A stretch of DNA of 64,000 nt from Amoebophrya sp. A120 (lineage: Eukaryota > Protista > Dinoflagellata), in the NCBI GenBank assembly GCA_905178155.1, contig CAJINV010000003.1:10051979-10115978 (forward strand), read 5' to 3'. A program made the position numbers and the translations under genes. Below are positions 11,907-23,465 of the stretch, piece after piece (positions within the stretch are counted from its first letter, which is position 1; every line of letters begins with the position of its first letter). The notes beneath the pieces are model-generated. The model was not told the origin of the DNA, made no database searches, and saw only the letters and a program-made list of their open reading frames with translations.

Positions 11907-13786
11907 GCCTTGCGCCTTGTTGCCGCGTTTCCATAGAAAAAGGGGGCCGCGCTGCCCCACGTGCCCCCGGAGTGAGAGCGAGATACGGTCGCGGGCAGGC
12001 GGCCACTAGAGTCAGAAACAAAATAGAAGACGCGTCGCCACTCATTCTTTCGCCGCCCTGGGCCCCTCTGCATTACGGCCCAGGGGCTCTACACATCCGG
12101 CGCTGCCGGATGCTTCCCTTCGTGTAGCATTGGCGTGCGCAGAAGATCCCTGACGTTTTCGTCTTCTTTTCGGATGGGGCCCCCGGGTTACACGCAAAAG
12201 TCGGGCGACACCTCGCCGCGTTCTCCTTTTTCGAAGTCGCCGACAGCCGCCGGGTCGTCGTTGAGGCATGCTCTTTCTGGTCAGGGGCACAGTAAAGATC
12301 GAGTCGTGCTTTCTAGTCAAGGCGTGGATCATATTGCTGACCAAGCGCGTGGAGGCGGCTTCGCGGGCGGGATGGTCAGGGACTGCGTTTTTTCTTTTGC
12401 TTTTATTTAGTGCGTCCACATCTACATCAACATCCGAAGCAGCTTTATCTATGAGTGTGCGTCGGTGGGCTGCTAGCGGAAATAAGCAAAGTTCTAGCTG
12501 TCCACCTGCTCGACACTGGAGTCCTAGGCTTTTACACCTCGCGGGGCTATTTGTCGGGTGGGTTTTTGCATCGCGACCAATGTCGAAGCTTGGGCTCCGG
12601 GGAGGTATGGTTTTAGAGCAGTCCCGACATTTCTCATTTCGTGCTGCCTCACGTGCGGCGCTTCTTTCCAAAATCACACTAAAAATAGATGGAGGAAGGG
12701 CGGCGCGCGGCTTTCGCCATGTGCTGCCCTTCCTCGCGCCAACCCGGGACAAGGATTCCCGCAGGGGCTGCTGATGTTCAGCCACGTAAACCTGCAACGG
12801 ACGAGGTGGAGCCTGCTGCGCCAGCAGGCTCAGCGGTACGACGTAGACAAGCGCCTCAGCATGTCTGAACCACCTAGAAGACCAACCTAGTTTGTCGCCT
12901 GTTCAAAGGCAACCCACGACCATCCTAACTAACACGCGCGGAGGCTAGGCGCGGCCGGGTGTGTAGGTATGCCTTTGCCGGCTTAGTAAACGCCCAAGAC
13001 CTCCCACGTCGCCCCCTGTAGGTATGCTCCTTTGTATGCGACCATGGAAGACCACGGCATACAGTGGAGACGCTTGGCACTAGAATAGATATGCATGACC
13101 CGACGACAGCAGGCGCTGCAGATGCGCAGGGGTAGTAAATCGGGGCACTTTACTGAAAAAAAGTTAAAGGTCGGCAGAAGCGAGGGCAAAAAAAGGCTAC
13201 CAACTAAAAAAACCACAGACGCCGAGGAGAAGCGAGTAGATAGCCCCCTGCCCTCGGTGTAGATTTAGTCTTCGTAGAGCAGCACTGCTGCGCGGGAGAG
13301 TCTGCGCGTCCTAAAAAATGCAAGTGTAATCAGCATGGGTCTAGGGTTTGTACGTATGTAGTGGCGTAGGTAGAAACTAGTTTACAGATCGTGATCTTGT
13401 AGAAACTCGTTTATAGGTCGGGGCTTAGGGTAGAGGCGTGCTCTCACGTCAGAGAGGCGACCACGCTGCTCCTTCCTAGTCGTGTGCCAGGCTGCGAACA
13501 GATATAAACCGCTCCTGTCTATCGAGGGACTGAGTAAGAGGCAACGCCAGTTGCCACCTATCTAAGGCGAAAGCTCTGGCTTGTAGCCTGTTCACAGGCA
13601 CCCACGAACATCATAACTAACACACGCAGAGGCTAGGCTCGACCGGGTGTGTAGGTAGGCCGTAGCAGGCTTAGAAAACGCCCAAGATCTCCCATATCGC
13701 CCCCTGTAGATAGGAGCTGTTTTGTGTGCGGCGATGAAAGTCCACAGCATAACCGGGAGACCCGTGGCACTAGAATAGCTATGTAC

Positions 13787-14689
13787 CTCCTGTGAAGGCC
13801 GTCGCCTGAGGAGATCTCCCGGTCGTAACGTGGGGAGAAGCAGGCCGCATGCTTATCAGGGCAAGCGGTTAGTAGATCTGGTAGGTTGAAAGAGTGGCCC
13901 CAGTGAATGAGGGCCGACGCCTCTCATGATGTCACCTAGTAGAAGACCATATATACGCGCAGGCCTTGTTGTTCTGCGGAGAGCAGCAAGCAGCTCCCTG
14001 GCCCATGCGCTTGCGCTACTTCGCAGGCTCGCAACAAAAAGGCACACCGCCGCTGTGCTGATTGTGTCCTGCCACTCGGGTGCCGCGGCTGCACCTCGCG
14101 CGACCGCGGGACACGACCGGGCAGCAAGCCGAGTGGCACCGCCGACGAGCGCAGCTGCGCTACCGTTAGGGGAGCGCAGCCACCCAGATGGCTGGCCACC
14201 CCACCCTCCCGGATGCCGCCCCTTATCCGAGCTCGGCCAAGCCCATACCGAGAATTATAGCGCCGACCGTTGATAGTGCGCGGCCACCCGGTTGGTCGGT
14301 ACTATGAAGAGCGCGCCACGACAGGCGAGCCCTGTGGCACCACTGAAACGGCCACACAGCAACACACTGGCGGCGCACAACCGCCCACGAGTTGAGCGCC
14401 CCCAGACATGCAAATGCTTGCGGTGGCTACGCAGTGCAATTCCAAATCGGACGAAAATCAACGGCAGTCGTGGGGAGGTGTTGGTGTTCGCGAGGCACTA
14501 CGTCCGACGCGCCTCCGAGCCGTGAGGGCACTCCTAGGGATAGGAGAGAGGGACCGAAAGAGCACCTACTCCGGGTGCGAGAGATCCTGCCGTGACAGAT
14601 CCTACCATGCACTGAGATCCAATTGGCCCCTTGTGCGTGCGATGTTTGTGCACAGTGGTCGGCATCACCTGTGGCTTCGATAATAATAA
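13787..14689 (+). mobile_element. Non-LTR-type retro-insert (SINE or truncated LINE) with (TAA)n tail and 16-bp TSD
   Basis: TSD tagaatagctatgtac at 13771-13786 and 14690-14705, tail taataataa. An empty paralogous site tagaatagatatgcat is present at ~13081. Confidence 0.85.
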
Positions 14690-16169
14690 TAGAATAGCTA
14701 TGTACGACCCGGCGGCTGCAGACGTTGAGAAGCAGGGATAGGAGTCCAGTTATTCTCTGCGTTTCCGAAACAGATTGAAAGAACCAAGGACCAAAAAAGT
14801 AGAAGCTCAAAAACCACAGACGCCGCGGTAAGAAAAAAAAATAGTAGCAGGTCCTGGTGCTCGCCACCAGTATAAACTTCAAGATGGACAACATTGCAGC
14901 GCGGGACGCAGGCATGCTCTACATATTTTTGTACTACGCATGGGTTTGGGGTGTTTACATACATAGTGGCGTCGGTCGTAGAATCTTTCTATACAGATCA
15001 TCCTTGTAGCGACTGGTATATAACACAGGGTTAAGGGTAGAGACGTGTTTCCACGTCAGAGAGGCGACCGCGCTGTTCTCTTCTAGTCGTGTGCCAGGCT
15101 GTGAACAGATGTAAGCCCGCTACTGTCTATCGAGGAACTGAATAAGAGGCAACGCCAGTCACCACCTAATTCCGTCCGTCCGTTCTGGCACTCAGACTCA
15201 AACTCGAAGTTGGTCCTGAAACTCAAACTCAAGCAGCTCGGAGCTGATTCTGAAACTGGGAACCAGAGCCGGAGTTGGTTCTAAAAGTCAAACGCAAAGT
15301 GCCGGACTCTGGAACTCTAACTGGCATCTCGGCGCTTTATATCCATGGGAGGTAAAATTAAAAAGACTAACATCTATCGTCCAAGAATGAGACTGTGGTC
15401 TGCTCGTGGTGCTTATCAAAAACCTCGACAGGAGCGTGCTCGTGCAACCAAGATCAACCTTGACTCATTTTGGGCGTACATCATCGAAAGCAGAAAGGAA
15501 CTGATTTGTCGCAAGAAAGAAATCACTCTCAACATCACAAAATCAAAATACACAGGCCCGATGATAGTGCAGCCTTTTCTGGTTGCGGGAAAACCAATTC
15601 CCACGTCTTTTTTTCCCAAGGATTATCGTTAGTCGCCTCTACTAGACAAAGCAAGCGTGGTCGAGCTTTAGTTCATGAAAAAGTCGGCTGCACTCTTAAA
15701 GTTCCGACACGCCACACCCCCGATCACGATCATCGAGATTCCAATGCAGTCCTTTAGTGAAGTTGAGGCGAGATCGAAGAACTTTCAGTCGGCTTATGAC
15801 AGGAATGCTTCGTCATGCTGTTGCTGGTAGCGTGAGATAATTGGTAGCTATCACGCACGGCGCATCATGTTGCGCCGCCGAATCTGTCCTGAGTTGATTT
15901 TCTACTTCTATTCTATATGCTGTATGCGCTAGCCAGGGGGAAGGAATTCCTATCCCACTGCGAATGCGAGAGCACCGGGGGGGGAGGTAGCAGAACTGGA
16001 AGGGGAGGGTCAGCGATTCTGGGCAAATTTGGGTCGTTTGGGTACAAAGGAGCGCTTTTTTGGAAGCCTTGTGGTCGGGTGCGTGCCTTTTGTTGGAGAT
16101 CGCGAACGCCACGCATTTGTGTGCGGCCTTGCCTGCCAAAGTGGGACGATAATGGTTCCAGATCTTAAT

Positions 16170-17100
16170 CCGTGCCATATTTCGTGCGAAAAAGGCTGCG
16201 AAGCAGCAAGCTGCAGCGCGTGTCTACATGCACCGCGGGAGGCCAGGCTTTCGGCGGAGGGGCGTCCGTGGCGGCTCCTACTTCTCGATGTGCGAAATGG
16301 CGCCGCCGCTTTGTTTCCCGCCTTTTTGCTCTCCTTTTTGCGGCTATCTCTATCAGTGCAATGGTGAGCCTGTGTTGCCGGGCATACCGAAAACGCCGGC
16401 AAACGCCCACCGTCCGCAGTGAGACCTGCCGCCCCCGGCCGGGGCTGCGGCAAAGCTAGCAAGGCGCGCGCGGCTGTCGCTTCTCAATGAAGCCGTAGCC
16501 GGATCCTCGCGATACTTCGCGCGAAACAGGCTGCGAAGAAGCAAGCTGCGGCGCGTATCTAGATGCACCATGGCAGGCCAGGCCTGCGGTGGGGGGGGGG
16601 CGACCGCGGCGGCTCCTTCTCTATTTGCGAAAGAGACCGCGCGAAATAGCGCCGCCGCCGTTTCCCCGCCTCTTAATGTGCCTCCCTTCACTTGCGCGGG
16701 GGCACTATCTTCATCTATCAGTGTAATTTTGAGCCTGTGCGGCCGAGTATACGCACCGAAAACGCCGGAAAACGCCCGCCGCCCGCAGGCAGACCCACCG
16801 TCCCTGGTCGGGGTTAACGGGCAATCGAGGTGAGCGCGGCGGCCCCTTCGCTTTGTGTGAAATGGGGCCGCAGCCGGGCCCGCGCCTGCCATTTTGCGCA
16901 CGAAAAAGGCCGCGAAGCAGCAAGCTGCGGCGCGTATCTAGATGCACCGCGGCACGCCAGGTCAGCAGCGGGGGGGGGGGGGGGGGCGCCCGTGGCGGTG
17001 TCTTCTCTTTGGGCGAAGTGGCGCCGTCCTCGCCTTGTCGGGGTTCTATCGCTATGTATCAGTATACATAGTTCCGAGACTGGGCGGCCTGGCATACTGA
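16170..17100. repeat. Three degenerate ~340-380 bp tandem units
   Basis: gaaaaaggctgcgaagcagcaagctgcggcgcgtatctagatgcacc-like block at ~16188, ~16523 and ~16902. Confidence 0.8.
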
Positions 17101-17251
17101 AAGCATCGGCAAGTTTTGGAAGTTTTTTTTAGAGACCCTGACGCTCTGAGACCTAAGCCAACGAATCACGACGGCAGCGCGGTTGTCTTGTGTTTAGAAT
17201 GAGGGGAGAAAAATACGCATAGCGTCGTGATTTCGCTTTGTGGATTTTTTT

Positions 17252-17980
17252 GGGGGATCCGCCCGCTTCCCGGGGATCCGCCCGTTGCCCGGGGATCCGC
17301 CCGCTCCCCGAGGATCCGCCCGCTTCCCGGGGATCCGCCTTCCCGCAGGGGATCCGCCCGCTCCCCGAGGATCCGCCCGTTCCCCGGGGATCCGCCTTCG
17401 CCCAGGGGATCCGCCCGTTGCCCGGGGATCCGCCCGTTCCCCGGGGATCCGCCTTCGCCCAGGGGATCCGCCCGTTGCCCGGGGATCCGCTCGCTCCCCG
17501 GGGATCCGCCTTCGCCCCGGGGGTCCGGCCGCTTCCCGGGGATCCGCCTTCGCCCAGGGGATCCGGCCGCTCCCCGGGGATCCGCCTTCGCCCAGGGGAT
17601 CCGCCTTCCCCCAGGGGATCCGCCCGTTCCCCGGGGATCCGCCCGCGCCCCGAGGATCGATCCGCCGGCTCCCCGGGGATCGGCCTTCGCCCAGGGGATC
17701 CGCCCGTTACTCGGGGATCCGCCCGCTCCCCGGGGATCCGCCCGTTCCCCGGGGATCCGCCCGTTACTCGGGGATCCGCCCGCTCCCCGGGGATCCGCCC
17801 GTTCCCCGGGGATCCGCCCGTTGCTCGGGGATCCGCCCGCGCCCCGAGGATCCGCCCGCTCCTCGGGGAGCCACCCGCTCCCCGGGGATCCGCCTTCCCG
17901 CAGGGGAGCCGCCCGCTCCTCGGGGATCCGCCCGCTCCCCAGGGATCCGCCTTCCCGCAGGGGAGCCGCCCGCTCCCCGA
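17252..17980. repeat. ~20-bp GGGGATCCGCCCGTTCCCC minisatellite
   Basis: Same family as 4370-5290. Confidence 0.95.
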
Positions 17981-18439
17981 GCGGACTGCGCCGGCCTTGC
18001 GCTTCACTCCCTCCCCTACGGGCGCCCGGGCTGCCCGGGGCGGGTGCGCCCTTGCGCCAGAGGCTCCGGCCTTAGCTAGGGGTCCCTGCCCTTGCCGCGC
18101 TGGCGGTGAGCACGGGCACCGGCAAACCGGCGCACATTTCTTGCTTCGGCTTGGTTCTTACAAGTTGCCAACTTGTGTGGTTTGGTTGTCAAAGCGGCGT
18201 TTTGACAACCAGCAAGACAAAGGCGGCGGCCGCACAACCGCGTGGGGTCTTGATAAGCAAGAGAGGACAAACCGGACCGCGTAGACAAGACAGACACAGC
18301 GCGCCGAAGGCCGCGCGCCTGCACCTCAGTGCGTTCCAAAATGTGCGCCGGTTTGCCGCAATGCCCGTGGTGCCGCATCAGAGGGCTGTGGAGCCCTTCG
18401 GCGGCCCATGTGGAAAGTTCTCTGGTCAAATCGGGACCA

Positions 18440-18925
18440 TGCCACCGGGGAAATCCCTCTCGAGGCGGCCCAAATTGGGCCAGAGGACCCGCCAGAGGAT
18501 CTTCGGGTCCTCTGCCGGGTCCTCTGGTCAAACCGGGGTCGTGCCACCGGGGGAAGCCCTTCGGAGGCGGCCCAAATTGGGCCAGAGGACCCGCCAGAGG
18601 ATCTTCGGGTCCTCTGCCGGGTCCTCTGACGGGTCCTCTGGTCAAACCGGGGTCGTACCACCGGGGGAAGCCCTTCGGAGGCGGCCCAAATTGGGCCAGA
18701 GGACCCGCCAGAGGATCCTCGGGTCCTCTGCCGGGTCCTCTGGCGGGTCCTCTGGTCAAACCGGGGTCGTACCACCGGGGGAAGCCCTTCGGAGGCGGCC
18801 CAAATTGGGCCAGAGGACCCGCCAGAGGATCCTCGGGTCCTCTACCGGGTCCTCTGGGAAATCCTCCGGCCAAACCGGGATCGCACCACCGGCGGAAGGT
18901 CCTCCGAGGCGGCCCAAGTTAGGCC
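18440..18925. repeat. ~100-120 bp hairpin-unit tandem repeat
   Basis: Four units of gaggcggcccaaattgggccagaggacccgccagaggatcttcgggtcctctg plus a partial fifth. Related to 6860-7740. Confidence 0.9.
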
Positions 18926-20002
18926 AGGCGAAAACGTGCGCCGGTTTGCCGGGGCCGCCAGGTTGCTCGCAGTCCGCAGCCGAGTGTGGCGATTTGGGCA
19001 CACGAGACGCCAACACAGACGCGGCGCGGTTGTGCACACAAACAGCAGCGGAGTCCATGCGCGCGCCGCGTTTTCGGTTGCATTGCAACACACTTTGGCA
19101 CGAGCTAAGCCGAAGGTTTCCCGGGAAACCTTAAACGACCCTGCCCGAGCGGAGTCCATTGATTTCTAGGTCTCACAGCGTCGCTTTCTCTTTTTTTAAA
19201 GTTTTGGAAAGGGTGCGCCCGTTCGCAAGTGCCGCACTTCTGATGGTGCAGCACCAGCAAACTGCCAATCCCGCACTGCTGATGGTGCGCGTGAGGCAAA
19301 GCCACCAGTGCGGCCGGACTTATGTTTTTAGTTGTTATGCTCCCAAATGGTGACTGCAGCGAGCACCAGGAGCCCAAGCAATCCGAAAGGGATAGAGCCC
19401 GGAATAAAAGTCACTTACGCACTCGGATGAGCCGCGAGCCGACTCGGCCCCCTCAAGCGCCAGCCGCCCGCGGGAAGACCTACCGCCCCCAGCCAAGGTT
19501 GCGGCGAATCAGTGCGAGCGCGGTGGTTCCTTCTCTATGTGTGAGGCGAGGCCGCAACCGGGAAGCCGGGCGGAAAAGCCGGGAGACAGAGCATCCCCCG
19601 AGCGGCCTCGGATACGTGTCCCGGGGCGGGTTTGAGGTATGGGCACCCCTCGGGAGGCTTCGGGTAGGGGTTCCGAGGGACTGGCTTCGGCTAAGGGTAC
19701 CGCGGGAGCGGTTTCGCGGAGGGCTATCGTGGGAGTGGTTTCGCGTAAGGGCATGCGAGGGTGGTTTCGCATATTAAGGCTACGCGGGGCGTGGTGTCTG
19801 CTTTCACGATTTCAGTGCCTCCATTCGGGTTGTATTCAGCTCCTTTCCCGCGTCTATGCATGTAAATACTTATATTGATTAATTGGCGTGTCCCGCTCCC
19901 GAACCCGACCGATGTCTCCAGCAAACATGGATGAGACTAACAGAAGCTGATGACGATCTACCTGGGTGGACATAAGCCATCCGCTTTGTCACGGATATCG
20001 TA

Positions 20003-20720
20003 TGTAGTGAGGACACCGAACGGTTCTAACCGGGAAGTTTTTTTGCCAGCCAGACAGCAAAACGGCCCTCAGGTTTCAAGCGGCCGGAAATGTTTTTGGA
20101 CGTAAAGGATTTCCATTTATCAAGCGGCCGGGGCTTTGAAGTCAAACAAGCCCGAGCCAATTCGATCGATTCCCGCTTGATAAAACGATGCAGGGGAGCC
20201 GGCAAAAGGGGCGCCCTTCTGAGGCGCCCACCGCCTTGGTTTCTGGCGGTTTAGGGCGCCCAAAAGGGCGCCCGAAAAAAAGCGCGCCCAAAATCAGAAC
20301 AGCGAAACAGCATGGCACGGCCGCGATTGCGGAGCATTTTGCGCGGTCGCGAAAGCGGCAGCCTTTTCGCCGGTTTCAGAGCCTGGGGAGCTTTGCAAAA
20401 AGCGCAGGGGCGAAAAGTAAAAACGCAAAAAAGAAAAGGCGCGCGAGACGCGGGAAGCCAATGCGCACGCTATGGGCCCGATTTTCCTTCGCTTTTCGGG
20501 CGCCCCCTGCAACGCCCAGATCGGCCCCACAGCGTCGGGCTTGGCTTTCGGAAAGGAATTTTGGAAATGTGCCAAAATTTGTGATGTTTCTCAAGCGACC
20601 GCCATACCGTGCGGCATGACGTTACTCTGGCGAGCCCAGAAAAAGCAAAGTCGCGGCCAAGGCGGTGGTCGGCAAAAAAACGCCCACGACCTCACTACCC
20701 CCGCCCCGGCGGCTATATTT
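20003..20720 (+). mobile_element. subTIR + 3'-hairpin element family, copy A
   Basis: Starts CGTA|TGTAGTGAGGAC. Ends GACCTCACTAC-CC-CCGCCCCGGCGG-CTATATTT|CGTA. Strong internal similarity to 43585-44299. Confidence 0.85.
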
Positions 20721-23465
20721 CGTACTAGTTTTCGTCTCGCACTTGTGAGAGCAGCACTCATCTTCGGCGACTTTTGCGAATGTGCAAGCAGTTGTTACCA
20801 GTGCGCCACGATGACGAAGCGTGCTGTTGCAGAGCCGGAAGCGCAGATCAGTGGCCGCATTCAAACGTTACAGATGATTGGCGCTATGCGACAGGGTCTT
20901 CACCGCGTCGAGAGGGTCTTGCAGATTCGCACGGATCATCTGGGTATCGGCTTCATCACCACAGCTGTGGTGATGATGACAATCCGTCATCCAAACGTGG
21001 TTCTGTTGCTCTTCGGCGTTTTTCTTGTCTTCGTCCGAATTCTCTGCAACGTGCACGAGCGCGGGCTAATTGGACTATTTTACACCGCTGAGGAGAGCGC
21101 GGCGTTGGCTGCTGGCGAGTTTGCGCGCCAGTCGATTTACGATTTTTTGGTGATCGGCTCGCTAGAGCGTCTCCGTATTTTCAAGCAGCTCGTGCGTGTC
21201 GGGCTTCTCATTGTCAATCAGAATCTTACCCGGGAGGAGATAAACTACATCGTCCAGGTATCTACTGTGGAAACTGGCCACTACTTATATGCATAAAAAA
21301 TTATGCGATTACCTTTTATCAACTAACAAACATCCTCCACTTTTTCTAGCAACGCGAGCTTCGCGTTCGCCTGTAGGTTTGCACAACTCAGAAATTCGAT
21401 CTCGAAAGGGCATTGCGCTAGATTCAAAGATCAAGGCGGAAACAAACAAGCGCTAAAGACCTAACGGAAGCGGGAGCACCAGCGCTCAAGAGGTGGGCAG
21501 CGGCCGACGTCGACCAGTGCCAGGCGTGCGGCCACTTGCAAAGCGCATGCCCTTCGCCGTGGCGTGCTGAGCACCGCGCCGCGGCCCTTATTAGCGGGCG
21601 ACCGTAAATGGTGGATCTTAGTACCGATGGCGATGGGGCGAACGGCACGAAATACAGCATCGCGGCCCTGTCGTGACTTGCGCAGAATCCAAATGCTCAA
21701 GGCATAACTTGGAGCGCTCTTGCGTCGGTCAAAAGCCTGCGAAGTTTGCTAGCAAAATAAAACTCACGGTCATGCGCAAAATGCATTTACGCCGCTGGCG
21801 AAAAGTTCGTTTGGTAGCTCGGTGAGAACTTTCGTGGGCTGGCTTCAAAATCTAACAGCAGCGCACTGCTTCCTCGCAAAGCCTTGCAATTTTATTCACT
21901 CGCGTCGAGTGGTCTTGCTTTTGCTTTGGAATTGGCCCGGAAAGATTCTTTGCGTTGTTGCCGGTTTTTTATTGACGTTCTCCCGTGTTGCTTCAGAGTT
22001 TGAACATTTTGAAAAGTGCTTCCCCGGCCCTGCCTCATGAAACTAGCAGGCGCGAGAGAAACTAACAAAACAAAACACGATGGGGAAGCCTCGCGAGACT
22101 ACTAAGGAAGCGACTAGCTACCCTGTTTTCTGCTTCCGAGTTTCTGGCGTAGTGGTGAAGCGCTGGCAGGTGTAATTTGCCCACAAGGCCGATGGAACGG
22201 CAAAGCAGCAGGAGTTGCGTCACGTGCCCTGTACGAACGAACAAGGCAGCACACCCAAAAAGGATTCTGCTTACTTTCCTGTAAGCTGGTTAGCCAAGGC
22301 TTGTCAGAATTCATCGCGGAAGACCGATGGAAGTCGTCGCCACTGCGTGCGCAGCTTAATGCAGGCACTGGACTGCGCTGAAGACTGGGGGAATTGCGGC
22401 CACAGCTCGCGAGAACTGTAGCGCAGCCCAAGGCGCTAAAGCTGCATCCCGAGAGAATTGCGGCGACAGCGCTCGAGGCCATAAGTCGCCCGGATCATTT
22501 TGGTCCGTAAGCAGGACGCTCCTGCACCCTTACTCCGGTAGCCCGGGAAAGCCGGCCCGTAACGCTGTGACTGTCGCCGTTGTTTCTGTAGCAGCTAGGG
22601 AATTTGGGCGGTTTTTGTTGGTTATTAGTTGGTGCGTGCCTACTGTGGACCTAGCCAAATTTGCTGTGAATTGATTCGCCCCGGGATCTGGATGAAGCCT
22701 GGGCCTTGCAGTCGGTTTTTGTGGTGTAGCAGGGCATTGCTGCGGTCGTTACCTGCGTGGCGATTTTTGTAATCACCGAGCGGAATGCGAATGAGAATGG
22801 CTCTGCCTATGTTCACTTTCGAGGAAGCGCGTCGGTCGGCAAGTAGTAGCGCGCTGCCGTAGTTTGCTTTGCTATTGCTGACGGCTGGAGGCGGCGGTCT
22901 CGTACTCGTACTTTTGCCGTCGTGGGAATTGGCGCAGAAACTTCGCCCACGATGTGGGTGCTGAACCCCTTAAAATTTTCGGCGTCTAGTGGCTAAGAAG
23001 CTTGCGCCATATTGCCTATCGCTCCGCTTCACTTCACTCCAAATCAAAAGAAAATAAAAATATATTGCTTTCTTGGGAAGCAGTGCGCTCATTATACGTA
23101 AAAACAGAACGACCAGGAGTACCTTGACCTTTTTCGGAAAGTGGTGGGGAAGCCGTTGGTGCAGTACCTCCCCGAGCATTTGAGACGCTTGCTATTTATC
23201 ACAAGTAGAAAGCACCACACTGAAGATATTACGATGTTCATATGTACGGCACGACGAATTCTGCATCCCCTCCTGTGAAGCTCCAGTATTTTTTCTTCTA
23301 TTATAGCGACTGGACGGAGCTTGAGGTTAAAGATACGGGCACTACAGATGGGGAGGCACAACTCGCAGATTTGTTGCACAATGTATGAGCTGATAGCTGG
23401 CTGGTGGCCGTGGTTGCGCTAGAAACTGTCGCCCCCTGTTGGTTTTGTATCGGACGAGTGCGCTT

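Larger units (their letters stand above)
11823..15190 (+). mobile_element. Tandem retro-concatemer: short 3'-end copies + SL-headed ~1.7 kb unit + ~0.7 kb truncated 3' copy
   Basis: Motif (taaga)ggcaacgccaNtNNccaccta occurs at 11823, 11862 (partial), 13535 and 15143. Segment 12890-13580 is duplicated as 13580-13786 + 14706-15190. The block interrupts a ctcaaa/ctcgga-rich repeat. Confidence 0.6.
17140..19182. mobile_element. TIR-bounded minisatellite-laden element (copy 2)
   Basis: TIR gacgctctgagaccta (17140-17155) / taggtctcacagcgtc (19167-19182), 15/16 match. GGATCC array at 17252-17980, shared core at 18120-18420, hairpin array at 18440-18925. Confidence 0.85.

Noticed and set aside
11885-11960. 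SL-RNA gene
   Set aside because: There is no GT donor after the leader and no tandem SL array. The context fits a retroposed copy better.
13806-13832. Minimal hammerhead-like motif CTGAGGA-GATC-TCCC-GGTC-GTAA-CGTG at the head of the retro-insert
   Set aside because: GTAA replaces GAAA, the triplet GTG is non-cleavable and stem I is poor. At best a decayed relic; worth rechecking on a family consensus.
20688-20724. GC-box + TATA promoter reading of ccccgccccggcggctatattt
   Set aside because: It is the conserved 3' terminus of the mobile family (shown by the empty site) and precedes unrelated sequence, including mid-CDS.
20472-21296. 274-aa + ORF, and a YLDD motif on the minus strand near 21250-21262
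   Set aside because: The + ORF begins inside the mobile element and cannot extend upstream. The minus frame has several stops and lacks other RT motifs around YLDD.
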